Positions 24,235 through 39,200 of a DNA stretch of 64,000 bases are shown piece after piece. The position numbers and the translations under genes are program-made. Every line of letters begins with the position of its first letter. The first letter of the stretch is position 1. Below the pieces are notes generated by a model. It worked only from the letters and a program-made list of their open reading frames with translations, did no database searches and was not told where the DNA came from. Source of the stretch: Phoronis australis (lineage: Eukaryota; Animalia; Phoronida); assembly GCA_002633005.1 (NCBI GenBank), contig NMRA01000445.1, positions 311,816 through 375,815 of the forward strand, read 5' to 3'.

Positions 24235-27200
24235 ACTGCTGATGACAAGGCACTGGCTGGGAATCACGATGGAACACTTAGGTGAGTCCCAACTATTGTG
24301 GTCAGAGCCCTGATACTGCAAAGTTATTTGCCATGAAAATGACTTTGGGATGTGCTAATTAGATTGCGTTGTATTTTCCAGAACGACTTTAAGGAGTAAA
24401 ACGAAGAAAGACAAGAGGAAGTATTGCCGTCTTGCCTCTGACATAGAGAAGTATGCACGCGTAGGTAGCCAGGAGCTGCAGAAAGGAAACTTAACGAGGG
24501 CCTGCAGGGCATTGGAATTTGCATATCGTCAGTCATTGAAGCTAGGGAGAGGCTACACAGAGCGAGCGTGCTCACTGAATGTCGGAGCGATCTACGTCGC
24601 ATTGGGACGTTACGAGCTAGGTTTGGAGTTCTTGCAAAAAGCTTTTCCCCCCATGAACAAAATAGACAGCTGGTCCAATGGCGACTTGTACTATAACTTT
24701 GGAATTGGTCATGAGGGTCTTGGGAATTTTTCCGAGGCAGTCAAGTATTACGAGAAAGCCGCTGAAGAATATAAATCTGACGGTTTAGTATTGGCAAACT
24801 CTGATTCTAAAGTATTACTTGATATCTATTCACATCTGGTAACTATCTACAGCAAACAAGGTGATCACGTGAAAGTTGCTAAAAGTTATGAGTTTTATTC
24901 AGCAGAATGTTTAAGATTGAATTTTCCCATTCGTCGTGTCCGAGCGATGTCGTATCAAGCTAACCACCTACATTCTGCCTTGGACATAGACAGAGCCACA
25001 GCTGTTAGCGACGAGTGCTTTGACCTGTGTGTGAAGCTTGACGAATCAACGACCCTGGGTAATTCTGTTGGATAAAAATTTAGATCAATTTTTGACTTAA
25101 CGTATTGCCGTATCATTAGGCCCATGGTCGTCTGTGTGGGATTGTGTTTATAATGTGAAACTTAGGCGCATGCGCAAATATGCGAACCACTGCAAAAAGG
25201 CAGTGAAAAAGGCATATTGTTGTTTATGTATAGGCCCATGGTCAGGCGCAGCAATACGGAAGTACAAAACTACTGTACTTACGAAATTTCTCAAAAGTAC
25301 CTCTAGGTACTCCAGAAAAGTAGAGACGAATGTGAAAAATGCCATTTATATAGGAGGCAAAACAGATGAGCCTATGTGAAAATTAATGCAATAGGCCTAT
25401 GCAGGTTTTTGCACTTTTATGAAAACTAGTAATATGAGAACCACTTGGGTAAAAAGGGGCTCCAAAACAGGCATTATTCAGTTAAAATCCCGTGGTTCGA
25501 AAGGCGCGGCAATAGAGTAGTCGCAAGTAGCGCCATCGGCTGGCTCGTGTTAAGTGTACAAGTTGCAAGACTGCTTTTAAGCAAATTGAGAAAAAAATGT
25601 TCATTTGACAGCATTTGTTTATTGTAAAAGTTGTTTCCGCATTGCGTCTCATGGATTTCGGGACATTTTATAATATAAGCTCTTGTGAAGTTTTGGTTAT
25701 TATAGAGGCGGGACACTGGATTGCCGCAAGACTGAGTAGCCTAGCTGTATTGAATAACGGCTCATTATATCGCTTTTGGCATCAGGTGACGATTAAGCCT
25801 AAACATTAGGTATATATTGCGTATCAAAACTTCATTTGTTTTTATATCTCAAATTCTTTAGTGGTGCGCCGTAACAAATAATAAATAAATAAATAAATAT
25901 ATAATTTTAAAAATTCTTGAGGGCCCAAGCGGGGTCTGTGCGGGTATCAGACAACATCGCCAGATGTGATAATCTACTATTTACGCAGTGCGTTTCGTTA
26001 TTTGTTGTCATTTCAGTATTTTTCCTAGAAAAAAGTGAAGCTATTGAGTATTATCTCTGCTGGGTATAGAAAAAAATTATGTTTGCGTCGGAGACGAAAT
26101 CATCGAAAAAGTCGGATCAGTGTATCCTGAAGTATACATTTGCATTAAGCATAATTTGTCACCATAATACCACGAGTGCTTTAAAAAGTACGAGTTGCAG
26201 AGATAGTGTCATGATTCCCTTTGCAGCCTAAAACAGGCCTAAACTCTGTGTTCTGTACTAAAGCATTTGGTTTTTTGATTGTGTCTCCATTTCATGCAGC
26301 TAAGGTGTTCAACCGGCTAGGCCTGGTCTACAAAGATTGTAAAGTCTACCAGAAGGCGGTGTCATGTTTCAAGGTAGCTCTTCCTATGACACGAGGGTTT
26401 CATGCCAACCGTTCAGTCGAGGCAGTCATCCTGCAGAACCTGGGCGCTGTATATAATATCTTGGGAGATTATCGACGCTCTGTCACTCTACACGAGGATG
26501 CTGTGGAGCTTCATGGTGAGAGCATGAATATTTAATAGGAAATTGAGTATGCTAACCTGTGGTAGTTGTGAAGAAAGCAAACATTTTGATAGATACTTAT
26601 TATGTACTGACCTCTTTTGATGTAAAAAAGAGGAAATAATAGGGTCAAGCATTATGAGAACCTGTTCTATCTGCTGAATAATTATCATCGAACTGGTTCT
26701 CAAAATACGGGACCCTATTGTACGTTCCTATTGCCCAGGAAAGCGCAATGGATCATCCATTACGCTTTCCTGGGTTGCGGCTGCCACACATTTTAACACA
26801 CATGTGCAGTGCTGTAGTGGGGCGTAGGCGCACGTTGGCGCAGCCAATCACCGTTTGGCATTTGAACGTAGCGCATACGCCCCGTAAGTTACATTCAGTG
26901 CTCAAGATGATACGGTGGGCTTTGGCGCCTACTTACCTATAATTTTACCACTACAGCATTGCACATGTGCTGACCTCTAGGTGAACAACTGGAGGCAACA
27001 GTCGGCTTGTTTTTGAGGATCAGTTTACTCCACTGAATACCAAGCATCAGACTGGTTCAGTCTCAAAATCGTGGACCCACGTATATGACTATAATTGCTA
27101 AACATATTTAGAACTAGTTTTCTCCACAGAATAACGGGCATAAAACTGGTTCTCAGGCGCACCTGTAAGCGATTATTGCTGCAACATGGGTGGCGCAACA

Positions 27201-30200
27201 TAGGGGGCTATAGCCCACCCAATTTTTTTTCAGTGCTACGCAACCCAAGGTGTGTAATCGCTACACCACAGGGGCTGGGGGGCTATAGCTCCCACTTTTT
27301 TTCAGCGCTGCGCCGCCCATGCCAAGGTACGGAACAGTCAGATTTTATTGACTTCTTCCCGAAGTGCCTGCAGTGAGCATGAACAAAAACAAACAAAAGG
27401 CTGTGAAATGTAAAGAATTCTGCATTCTTTTCTCTGCACCAACGCTGGCAAATTCAGTTCTTTTTGTAAACGTAAGTTCTCTTGCTATAACTGTCCAATA
27501 TTACAACTGCGAGGTTATTCGTCTCAGTCTGTCTACCCCGACTGCATATACATACTAGGCTACACAAGACAAGGCTGTGCTGCTAAATAATATTCGTCAG
27601 TGCATTTTGTTGAGGGCGAGAATTGCACGAGTCTCATACTGAAGTGTAATTGAAAAGCATGATGTCGCCACCGCGATAAGGTCATCCAATGGCTGAGTGT
27701 TGAACACCTGTCGTTACAGTGACGTTGAAGGTCTCTAAAGCGCCTTTTGCGTTGATGATCTTTGCTCAGATATTGTCATGATGTATCACAGCTGATCCTA
27801 TGATTGTACTAGCTTGCACAACCTAGCTAGTGGTTGTCATGATAAAGAATAACCTCGGTCATTTCTGTGGCTTCATCAGTCATATCGACTCTTTAATTTC
27901 AGGTCAAGTTCGTAACCGTTTGCGTCAATGTCAGAGCTTCATGAACCTAGCGTTTGCCTTCACTCAACTTCAAGACTACACCTCTGCTGGGGACGCCTAC
28001 CTCCACGCACTGCAAGCTGCCAAAGACACTGGTAGGATCCGTCTATTGAGTTCAGAGAGAGTCATATACGCTTTCTGAAACCACTGCATTAGCGACACTA
28101 ATTTGGTGACAATCTCATATGTTATAAATCTGATCGCAAGATAAAACTTGATTTATGGTACCACTATTGCTCTGGATTCATGGAGTTCATTTGACATACC
28201 TTATAGCTGCATGTCTAAAATGTAAATAGAATTAAGCACTCGAATTTATTTTCATAAACATGACGTACATAGCACAGGTTAAAATTCAAGCCAAAACCCA
28301 ATTAAATTTGCGAACTGAAGCACAAGTTTCAAGCGGCTCCTTAGTCTTTTGAAAGTCTCGTTGCCTTGTTTTGATATCTCTAAAGTGTTCAATGACTAAA
28401 GTTATAGTTTTAGTAAAACATTAGTTTCGTTGTTGAGCTTCGACTACTACAGGTCCCACTCTTGTCACTTGAAGATGCGTTTAGCAACTAGGAACGACTT
28501 GTATATCGATGCATGACTATTTGTATTATGCACCCAGTCTTAGTAAATCTCTCTCTCTCTCTCTCTCTCTCCTTCAAGACTCAGGAGACTAGATCGAATT
28601 ACCCCTGCGAAATGTACCTCAGTTAACCATGGTTAACCATGGTTAACCATGGCTGTACAACCATGGTTGACCATGGTTGACCATGCTTCACAACCATGGT
28701 TATAAACCATGGTTACAAACCATGGTTACCAACCATGGTTACCAACCATGGTTACCAACCATGGTTACCAACCATGGTTACCAACCATGGTTACCAACCA
28801 TGGTTAACCATGGCTAACAACCATGGTTGACCATGCTTCACAACCATGCTATGAGACAACTTAACGCGAAATGTTAAAACCATTGTTAACCATGGTTGAC
28901 TATGCTTCACAACCATGGTTATCAACCATGGTTAACCGTGGCTAACAACCATGGTTGACCATGCTTCACAACCATGCTATTAGACAACTTAACGCGAAAT
29001 GTTAAAACCATGGTTTACCATGGTTACCAACCATGGTGTGGAACCATGGTTGACCATGGTTAATGAGACAACTTAACGCGAAATGTTAAAACCATGGTTG
29101 ACCATGGTTACCAACCATGGTATCATGGTTAAAAATCATGGTTGACCNACCGTTTAAAATTTGAAATGCCTGTCAAAGGTTTGCATGGGTCACTTTCCAG
29201 GAATGTAACCTTGACAACCAATTGTTAACACATGTTTGCTGATAACACTCCCAGGCTGTTCAACATGTACATGTAGCTGGGCTAGCATAAAATAAACATT
29301 TGGAAAACCCTTAGGGCAGTTCAACATTAGTGATGATTCAGTAGACTATCAAATAATTTTAGACAATGCATCTTGTGGGGATATTTTAAAAGTTGGTAAG
29401 TGTGATACAACTTTCTGTAGGTCAGTCTAACTTTGTACAGGAATGATCATAAAACATGCACAATTGCTTAGATTTAGTCAAATAATTTTCATGTTTTGTG
29501 TTGTTTTAGAAGAATTCCATTTAACGATGTTAATGAGTTTCTTATTCAATTTAATTAGTGCTTGGCAATTCCAATTTTCTAGTTGGCCAGCATTTTGCAT
29601 TTTATATTGTAGGGTCAGGCAATTAGACACAATTATATAATAGTTACTCCCTGTCCAAGAGTGTCATGTATAACCTGCTCTGGTCAACTAGACCTGCTAG
29701 TTGGAATAGTAAGGAATACTTCTGACCATGGTTAACTATGGTCGAAAGCATAGTTAACCATGGTTGCCTCTTTATAGACCAAGGCAACAATGGTTAACTA
29801 TGGTTTGGCCATGGTTGACTATGGTTTGGCCATGGTTGTCCATTTTTAAAATGGGCAACCATGGTTGACCGTGGTTTGACAGTGGTTTGGCCATGGTTGA
29901 CCATGGTGAGAAGCATAGTCAACCATGGTTGACAACTTGTGGAAAAGGCAACCATGGTTGACGATGGTTTGACCGTGGTTGACTGTGGTCAGAAGCATGG
30001 TCAAGCACGGTCAACCTTGGTTTAACCATGGTTGAACCATGGTTGACTGTGCTTTACCGTGCTTAACCATGGTCAACCAGGGTAACATTTCGCAGGGGTA
30101 AGGCCTAGTTCAATTTTCATTTTTTGTCAACTTAACTAAAGTACCCTTGTCTTGCATGCATTCAACAGAAGTAGAACAGTTACACAACTGTAGTTTTTGG

Positions 30201-33200
30201 ATACTATGAATTGGGAATGAAGAATGTCTCAAAGATAATTGAAATTGGACTTTTAAGATTTTTTGTTTAAGATGCTGCCTTCACTTAGCAGGTCACAGAA
30301 ACTGCCCTTTTGGTCTGCATTCTCAGCGATGTGAAATTTACATTTGGATCATCAGTTGAACTAAAACCCTGTCTGTTCACAGTGATATCTGTTGTTTCCT
30401 TGGTGAAAAGGTTTGTCAGTGGCAGGCACTAGAGGGCCTTGCTGGTGTAGCTTGCACTAGGAATGACGCAAAGAAGGCAGTCACCTACTACAAGCAAGCC
30501 TTAAGCATATTAGCGGCGACGCCTGGTGACAAGACAGAGGTGCAGGAGAGGATTGTGGGCAAACTAACTGATGTCCTCAAGAACCAGGTGGAACAGGTAT
30601 GTGTGGTAAAGAGTACTAGTCACGATGTTTTTGGACCGGATGTCAATGAGGGTGTCTAGAAAGTTGGGACTGCTACATTTTCAACAGCTCTGATTATAGT
30701 TTTCATTTAATTCATTTTAAGAACAATTTTGGCTTCTACCAACTGTTTCTTTCAGAAAGAGGTGGCGCAAAGTTGAGTCTTGAACTGAGGTTTTCCTGTT
30801 GAATGTACAACGCACTTAATAAATAAGTAATCCAGTTGTGCAAACACTTCTAGACAAACTTTAAGATTTACTCGTCTGCTCTCAGTATGAAGGTATCGAT
30901 AAAGACAAGTTTGTTGAAATATCATAGCAAAAGTGTGATATCTGATGCATTTCCTTCATTGGGCAGCTGTGCCTCGTTATGATCTAGTGGTCTGAGGTCC
31001 TGATTGCTGTTGCCACGGTTCAACAAAATAATCGCGTGCTTATGCGAATGTGATGAAAAACACACTGTAATCTTTTCTTTAACCTTAAATTTGACATAGC
31101 GTCATCTCATAGACCTGTAATTACCACCTCTTAATAAGAGGGAATATCCCTGTAGATGTCAGCACCAGTTTATGACGTACCCTTCTTCTGAGAACCATAT
31201 TCTGCTTAGACAAAGGAGTAAGGTTTTTGTTTATATGACCAGTTGGCATTTTTTTAACTTAAAAGTAACCTTGCATTTATTTTATGGTATTACTTGACTT
31301 CCATCTTCATTATACAGCTATTTTATTGACAGAGAATTTTGTTGTCTAATGTATAGAACATTTAAGTTAAAAGTGTTTATTTTCGGTTGCTGGTTATAAG
31401 TAAAATTCTGCCCCAAATGCGTAACTTCCTAGGTATTCAAAGCTCCAATCAATTCATTATGTCTTATGTCCATCTGTGCAGGCCAGCCCCACCCAGTCGC
31501 AGAACGAGAGAAAGCAGGGTCTTGATCCATCAGTCACAGTAAGTAAAAAAGATACACTATAGCATAGCGGTCCCAGTCTTTTGCTTGATCCAGTTTGTTG
31601 TGCAAGACAGACTAAGGAGGAAAGCAAAATCTTTTTAACATGTTGCTTCTAATAGCCAAACAGTACATTTACAAGGAGAGATGTCACTAATCTTCAAAGG
31701 TTTATTACGTATACTTATGTGTACTATAATGCTGAAAAATTAATTGCTTTTAAAACTTTGTATATCACAGCTGCTCTGCGAAATTGGAAAATTTCATTGT
31801 TCACGTTAGAGTCCATGTAGAAGTTGTTTATTTTAAACGAGATACGAGAATGGTCTCTCCTGAGGTGTGCACGCGTGAATAAATGGTGTACTTATTTGTT
31901 TGTTTTTGTATTGTTTTATAAACGATTATAAATTCTTAAAAAAATCTATTATTCACGGCACGTTGAATCATTGGACAAATCCAATCAGACTTTTGTTAGT
32001 AGTGGGCATCTTACCATTGATCTCCATAGTGTGTATAAATAGTGAGGCATGGACATACGTTTCAAACATTTCCTGTATGACCAGTGGTTCCAATGCCTCA
32101 ATGGCTATTTAAAGCGTCTGCAGGATATGCAGAAGGTCCTGAGTTTGAGTACCGGTCAGGGGCAGAAATCTTTTCGGACTTAGTCATTAGGTCACGTGAT
32201 GTGACCAAAAAGATATGGCGTGATGACGGGACAAAACATTCGCAATATATTTCCACGCCTACTTGGAAAAAATATATTTATACACAGTAATAAAATATTT
32301 GTTGCCATTGTTACAGACAGACGGCCATAACTCCGAGGAAGAATTTTTAACTTCGATTAGTGAAGTCCATGAAACTGACAGTGGTTCCGGCAGTAAGTTT
32401 CACAGCAGATTTCTGTTATAGTTTATCAAACTGAATATTTACCATACTCGACCATTTTACTGCATTGTATGCTTTAAAGTGACATTATCGGTGAGAGATC
32501 AGTGTAATCTTGCGAGCTTAGTCCCACTGTGGATTCAAAGTTGGAACTTTCACAGTTTCCACTCGGTAAATTGCTGTGTATTTAACCATTTAAAGAACTG
32601 TTGATAAAATCAACCACCTTGATTTCAGCAAATGTCTGTCAGGCAATGGCGAGAATTGTTGATTTGTTATAAAATCACAAAACAAAGTATTTTATTGCTG
32701 TCTAGATCTACACTGTAGTCAAGGCTTATCACTTCAAAACTCTATCTTATGCAATAGTAATCTCAAAATCTGTTTTTGGTCGCAAAAATGACGATGTTCC
32801 TTTAAGGCATCAAAATAATGTTCAAGTAGGGCACAGTCCGAGAATGCATTAAAACGGGAAGTTCGATACTGCTAGTGCCTACTGGGTAGATAGCGAGGAA
32901 ACAACAAACACTGTGTGCTTTCTGTAGTCTCGTTTCACATTCTGCTGCATGATGGCGCTTGAGCTGTCAGTGACATGTTTGGATGTGTAGAAGTCATGTA
33001 ACAATTCTCACAAATAACTTGTGGGGCCCGACGCTTTTGGAAAACTTCTACGCGTACTTATGAAGGGGTGAGGTTTATAACAGTGGAATACTGCAAACTA
33101 AGTCGTTGATTAACGTAATATTTTTAATTACACCATGCTTCGTAAGATGGATCCACCAGTCTAAAGCTTTTTATAAAATGTCTACTCCAAACATTCTTTT

Positions 33201-36200
33201 TGTTGTTTGTTCCGTGAGACCAGTTATGATGAGACAGCTATTATTCGATTGCCACAAGCTTCTTTTGCAAATTCTATATTTTGGTATGGCATCCATGGCT
33301 CTTGTGTTCAACAAGTATTTCTGCCTGTAAATATCACCATTAATTCTCTATATACCTTTCAACTGGAGATAACAACTTTTTGAGCCTGGTCTGCATGCCA
33401 CCTGTTGGCCACATGAAAGATTTATATTTGAACTGGAGAATTTACAAAGAATCTACCAGAAATCTGATTTGGCAAGATTGATCCTAATGAGAATACAGTA
33501 TTTTTCGTGATTAATCCCCCCTTAATTTTCTGAATGAAAGTTTTGGCTGCAGGGTCTCGTCAAGTGACACAGCTCCTAATAACTGTTGCTCTCCTCATAA
33601 TGGCTTCATACACTGTATATACTAAGCCTTTGATCGCGTGTGATATTGTCTATTTAATAGGAGGAACTTGGTGAGTGTGACTTGTAGTGGTTAATTTCCT
33701 GTTGATTGTTCTAAAACCCCGTCGACCCATGACCCTTCTATTCACGACCCACGATCCCTCGACCCAAGCTCGACTCAATTTGAACATAGAACAAGCGCTG
33801 ACTTCCAGGATCAACGAGTTGGGCGATGGGCTCGGCTGGCTTAATTTTCCTGTTTTTTGCAATTAAAAGTCGATTCGGCAAGTTTGAAAGCCAAAAAACA
33901 GAATAAAGTCACCCGACCAAATCGAATCAAAAACCTACCAATGTTACAAATGTCGTTCCCGCCAGAATGTAATCGTTTCGTCTGCTCTTCAATGGATGGC
34001 AGATGCAACCTTTTAGCGGAGAGTGTGAGGAACCGGCAGAACCGTAATTTCATCACAGTTTGAAAAAAATTCAAACTGTTAAGCCTGCACGCAACCAAAC
34101 ATTTTGATAGATTCTTATTATAGACTGACCTCTTTTGATATAAAAAATAAAAAATAACAGGGTCAAGCATTTTGAGAACCAGTTCTATCTGCTGAATAAT
34201 GATCATCGAACTGGTTCTCAAAATACGGGACCCCTATAATATGTTACTATTGCCCAGGAAAGCGCAATGGATCATCCATTACGCTTTCCTGGGCAACGGC
34301 TGCCACACATTTTCAGCGCACAAGTGCTGACATTTAGGTGGACAACGAGAGGCAAAAGGCGGCTTGCTTTTGGGAATCAATTTTTCCACTGAATACGAAG
34401 CATCAAACTGGTTCTCAAATTCGTGGACTATAATTGCACCACATATTTAGAACTAGTTTTCACCACTGAATACCGGGCATAAAACTGGTACAGAAGCACA
34501 CCTTTAAGTGATTATTGCCCCAACATATGCGGCGCACCATAGGGGGCTATAGCCCCACCCAACCTTTTTCAGTGCTACGCAACCCATCGTCTGTGGGCTG
34601 GGGGGGGGGGGGGNCCACTTTTTTCAGCGCAGCGCCGCCCATGCCAACGTACAGAAAGTCAGGTTTTTATTGTCTTCTTCCTCAAGTGTCTGCAGTGAAC
34701 ATGAACAAAACAAACAAATGGCTGTGAAATGTAGAGAATTCTGCATTCTTTTCTCTGCACCAACGCTGGTGAATTCAGTTATTTCTGTAAACGTAATTTC
34801 TTTTGCTATAACTGTCCAATATTACAACTGTGAGGTTATTCGTCTCAGTCTGTCTGACCCAACCGCATATACATACTAGGCTACACAAGACAAGTCTGTG
34901 CTGCTAAATAATATTCGTCAGTGCATTTTGTTGATGGCGAGAATTGCAGGAGTCTCATACTGAAGTGTAATTGAAAAGCATGATGTCGCCACCGTTATAA
35001 GGTCATCCAATGCCTGAGTGTTGAACACCTGTCGTTACAGTGACGTTGAAGGACTCTAAAGCGCCTTTTGTGTTTATGGTCATTGCTCAGATATTGTCAT
35101 GATGTATCACAACTGAGCCTATGATTGTACTAGCTTGCACAACCTAGCTAGTGGTCGTCATGATAAAGAATATCCTCGGTCATTTCTGCGGCTTCATCAG
35201 TCATATCGACTCCTTAATTTCAGGTCAAATTCGCAACCATTCTGGTCAAGGACAGTGCTTCATGAACCTAGCGTTTGCCTTCACTCAACTTCAAGACTAC
35301 ACCTCTGCTGGGGACGCCTACCTCCACGCACTGCAAGCTGCCAAAGACACTGGTAGGATCCGTCTATCCACCCAGTTCAGAGAGAGTCATATAATCTTTC
35401 TGAAACCACTGCATTAGCGACACTAATTTGGTGACAATCTCATATGTTATAAATATAATCGCAAGATAAAACTTAAGTTATTTTACCACTTTTGCTCTGA
35501 ATTTATGGAGTTCCTTTGATATACTTGTAGCTAAATGTCTAAAATATGAATAGAATTAAGCACTCGAATTCATTTTCATAAACATGACAGACCTAGCACA
35601 GGTTAAAATTCAAGCCAAAACCCAATTAATTTTGCGAACTGAAGCACAAGTTTCAACTATATCCCATTCCCAGCCCTATTCCCAGCCAAACACAATACAC
35701 AGCCATCTGGATCGGCTGCTAACAATCAACACCCTAGGCACATACAGTTTTATGACATATTGAGGTGTCATAAAGGATTGCATTGGTGACCAAGCAACCC
35801 CAAACAACTGCGGGCTAGAGTGTTCACATTTAGTAAACTCCAACTGCTCGAGGATCATCATCCGACGGTCAACTTTTACCTGGACTGGGTTCCTCAAGAC
35901 TAGACTCATAATGTTCCTTACTGTGATTGGATTCTATTTTCGTCATCACCTTCATCGTGGAAACTCTAAGTGGGTACCAGTATACATTGCCTGTGACTTG
36001 ACGTGGTAATGGCAATTTTCAAATTTTCATTAACAATTAAAATTGTATTACATTAAGAAGTATTTATACTACTTAGCTTGCTGCATTGAAAATGTTGACA
36101 AAATACACATTTTCCCTCCAAAGGTCAAAATCCCTTAACAGTATTTATGGATCTCTCAAAGGCATTTCACACCATTGATCACAAATTCTTCTCAAGAAAT

Positions 36201-39200
36201 TACAACACTACGGTATTCGCAACAATGAAATACAGTGGTTCACAAGTTATTCATCATATAGAATGCAATTCGTATCTGTTGACAAAAAAGAATCTGCCAA
36301 CCTACAGATTATCACTGATGCTTCGCAAAGTTCCTTACTTTTTCTGGTATAACTGTATGTAAATGACCTACACCTATCCACTTCATTTGATGTACCCATA
36401 TATGGAGATGACACATGCCTTATAACACATCCGTCTTAACATAGCCTAAACACTTCCTCAACAGATGCATCAGCAGTTTTCATAACCAATTAACTCTCAC
36501 GTCTAAATGCCTGGCTGATAGCAAATAAATTTTCAGTTAACTCCTCAAAAAACCAAATACATGTTGTTTAGCTTTCCCCAGAAACATCTGAATGAGCAAC
36601 ACATTCCCGGTCTGCAAATCCTGAACAAGTCAATTACTTATGTCGAATTATTTAAGTTTTGGGATTAAATCTCAGACACTAATATCTTGGAACAAACGTA
36701 TACAAGAAATAGCAAACAAGACTGCTAAAACAGGTGGTGTACTGGACAAGTTAAAAACAACGTTTCCTCAACACGTACTTCTTTTGATTTATAAAGCTCT
36801 CATTTTACCATCCTTTACTTATGATGTAAAATGCTGGGGTTTCCACAACTGCCGTCGACTACATGTATTACAAAAACGTGCTGTTCGAAAAACATGTATT
36901 ACCTCATCATACTTCCTAGCTCATACTGACCCGTTATTTCGGTCACTGAATGTTCTATCCTTAAAAGATATTTATGTTCGGAATATGTCCCAAAAATAGG
37001 TACGTTTCAAGCTCCGTTTCCAGAGATACAAAGGACACCGTGTATGGGCGATATAAGGTCATTTATTTTGACTGATAAGGTACAGAAATGTGAGTGTACA
37101 AATAACATAAAGATAAAATAAGAATCTCTGGAAAGATGGGCAATAAAAAGTGCCACAAGAGATGTTGAAGACAGCTCATGCCCATTTGCAGGGATGCACC
37201 ACAAGAAAAGGGAGGAAAAAGTTGCAAAACTATTCATAAAAATGCATAATATCAAACTGCAGAATCTGTGCATCTCAGCATCGCTAAAGTTTTAAAATTT
37301 AAAAGTTTTAGAGAGATGTGTCTTACCATCACTTCTGATTATTGTTTCCCTGCGCTGTGTATTGGATTTCAATCATGTACAGTTATGCCTACCGTGCCAT
37401 TTTTTATTCTGTATGTTTAGTTCTTTTTTGTAATGTGGTTTTTATTATATAGTATAATATATTTAACGTACTCAATCGTTTTTTTCATTTATTGTGCCAG
37501 CCATGTTAAAGTTTAGGTTACATCATTCTTACTTTGTACAGTATATTAGTTTCTCCCATTATTGCATTGGTAGTTGATATTGAAAACCCTACATGCACAA
37601 TATTTACAAAGATATATAACCATTTTGTTGATACTCAACACGGGTTTATGTTTCACTCATGTAGTGAAAAGAATTGTTGAAACGAATTTCTAATTTTATT
37701 TTTTGACTAACTACATGTGTAGATATAGGTGGCTTTCATGCAAGCGACTCCTTAGTCTTTTGAAAGTCTCGTTGCGTTGTTTTGATATCTTTAAAGTGAT
37801 CGCTGACTATTATACACCCAGTCTTAGTAAAACCTTAGTTTTGTTGTTGAGCTTCGACTACTACAGATCCCACTCTTGTCACTTGAAGATGCGCTTAGCA
37901 ACTAGGAACGACTTGTATATTGATGCATGACTACTTGTATTATGCATGGCTAAAAAAATTCCCAATCCCCTCTCTCTCTCTCTCTATCTCTCCTTCAAGA
38001 CTCAGGAGACTACATCGAATTAAGGCCTAGTTAAATTTTCATTTTTTGTCACCCTTGTCTTGCATGCATCCAACACAAGTAGAACAGTTACACAACTGTG
38101 AATTGGGAATGGAGAATGTCTCAAAGATAAATGAAATTGGACTTTTAAGGTTTTTTTGTTTAAGATGCCGCCTTCATTCAGCAGTTCACAGAAACTGTCC
38201 CATTTGGCCTGTATTCCCATCAATGTAAAATTTACATTTGGATCATCAGTTGAACTAACCCTGTCGGTTCACAGTGATAGCTCTGTTGTTTCCCAGGTGA
38301 CAAGGTTTGTCAGTGGCAGGCACTAGAGGGCCTTGCTGGTGTAGCTTGCACTGAGAATGACGCAGAGAAGGCAGTCACCTACTACAAGCATGCCTTAAGC
38401 ATATTAGCGGCGACGCCTGGTGACAAGACAGAGGTGCAGGAGAGGAATTTGGGAAAACTAATTGATGTCCTCAAGAACCAAGTAGAACAGGTATGTGTGG
38501 TACAGAGTACAAGTCACATTTTTTTGGATCGCCTGTCAATGAGGGTGTCTAGAAAGCTATATTTTCAACAGCTCTGATTATAAGTTTCATTCAATTCATT
38601 TTAAGAACAATTTTGTCTTGTACCAATTGTTTCTTTCAGAGAGAGGTGGCGCAAAGTTTAGTCTTGAACTGAGGTTGTCCTGTTGAATGTACAACGCACT
38701 TAATAAATAAATAATCCAGTTGTGCAAACACTTCTAGACAAACTTTTAGATTTACTCGTCTGGTCTCAGTATGAAGGTATCGATAAAGTCATTTGTTAAA
38801 ATATCACAGCAAAAGTGTGATAGCTAATGCATCTCCTTCATTGGGTAGCTGTGCCTCGTTGTGATCTAGTGGTCTGAGGTCCTGATTGCTGTTGCCACGG
38901 TTCAACAAAATAGTCGCGTGCTGATTTGAATGTTATGAAAAACGCACTGTAATCTATTCTTTAATCTTAATTTTAACACAGCGTCATCTCAAGACCTGTA
39001 ATTACCACCTCCTGATAAGAGGGAATATCCCTGTAGATGTCAGCACCAGTTTATGACGTACCCTTCTTCTGAGAACCATATTCTTCTTAGAGAAAGGAGT
39101 CAGGTTTTTGTTTATATGACCAGTTGGCTTTTTTTACATAAAAGTAACCTTGCATTTATTTTATGGTATTACTTGACTTCCATCTTCAATATACAGCTAT

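Larger units (their letters stand above)
26578..34082 (+). repeat. Copy A of an intragenic tandem duplication (exons 27903-28031, 30403-30596, 31482-31538, 32317-32392)
   Basis: Collinear with 34096-42032 through introns and exons. The acceptor of exon 30403-30596 is TG instead of AG. Confidence 0.92.

Noticed and set aside
28620-29150. Short palindromic repeat array superficially like CRISPR or iterons
   Set aside because: No unique spacers and no cas genes; eukaryotic context; lies within TIRs and a TSD.
32085-32165. tRNA-like sequence (also at about 39998-40070)
   Set aside because: Only degenerate A/B boxes and no cloverleaf; likely an old SINE head.
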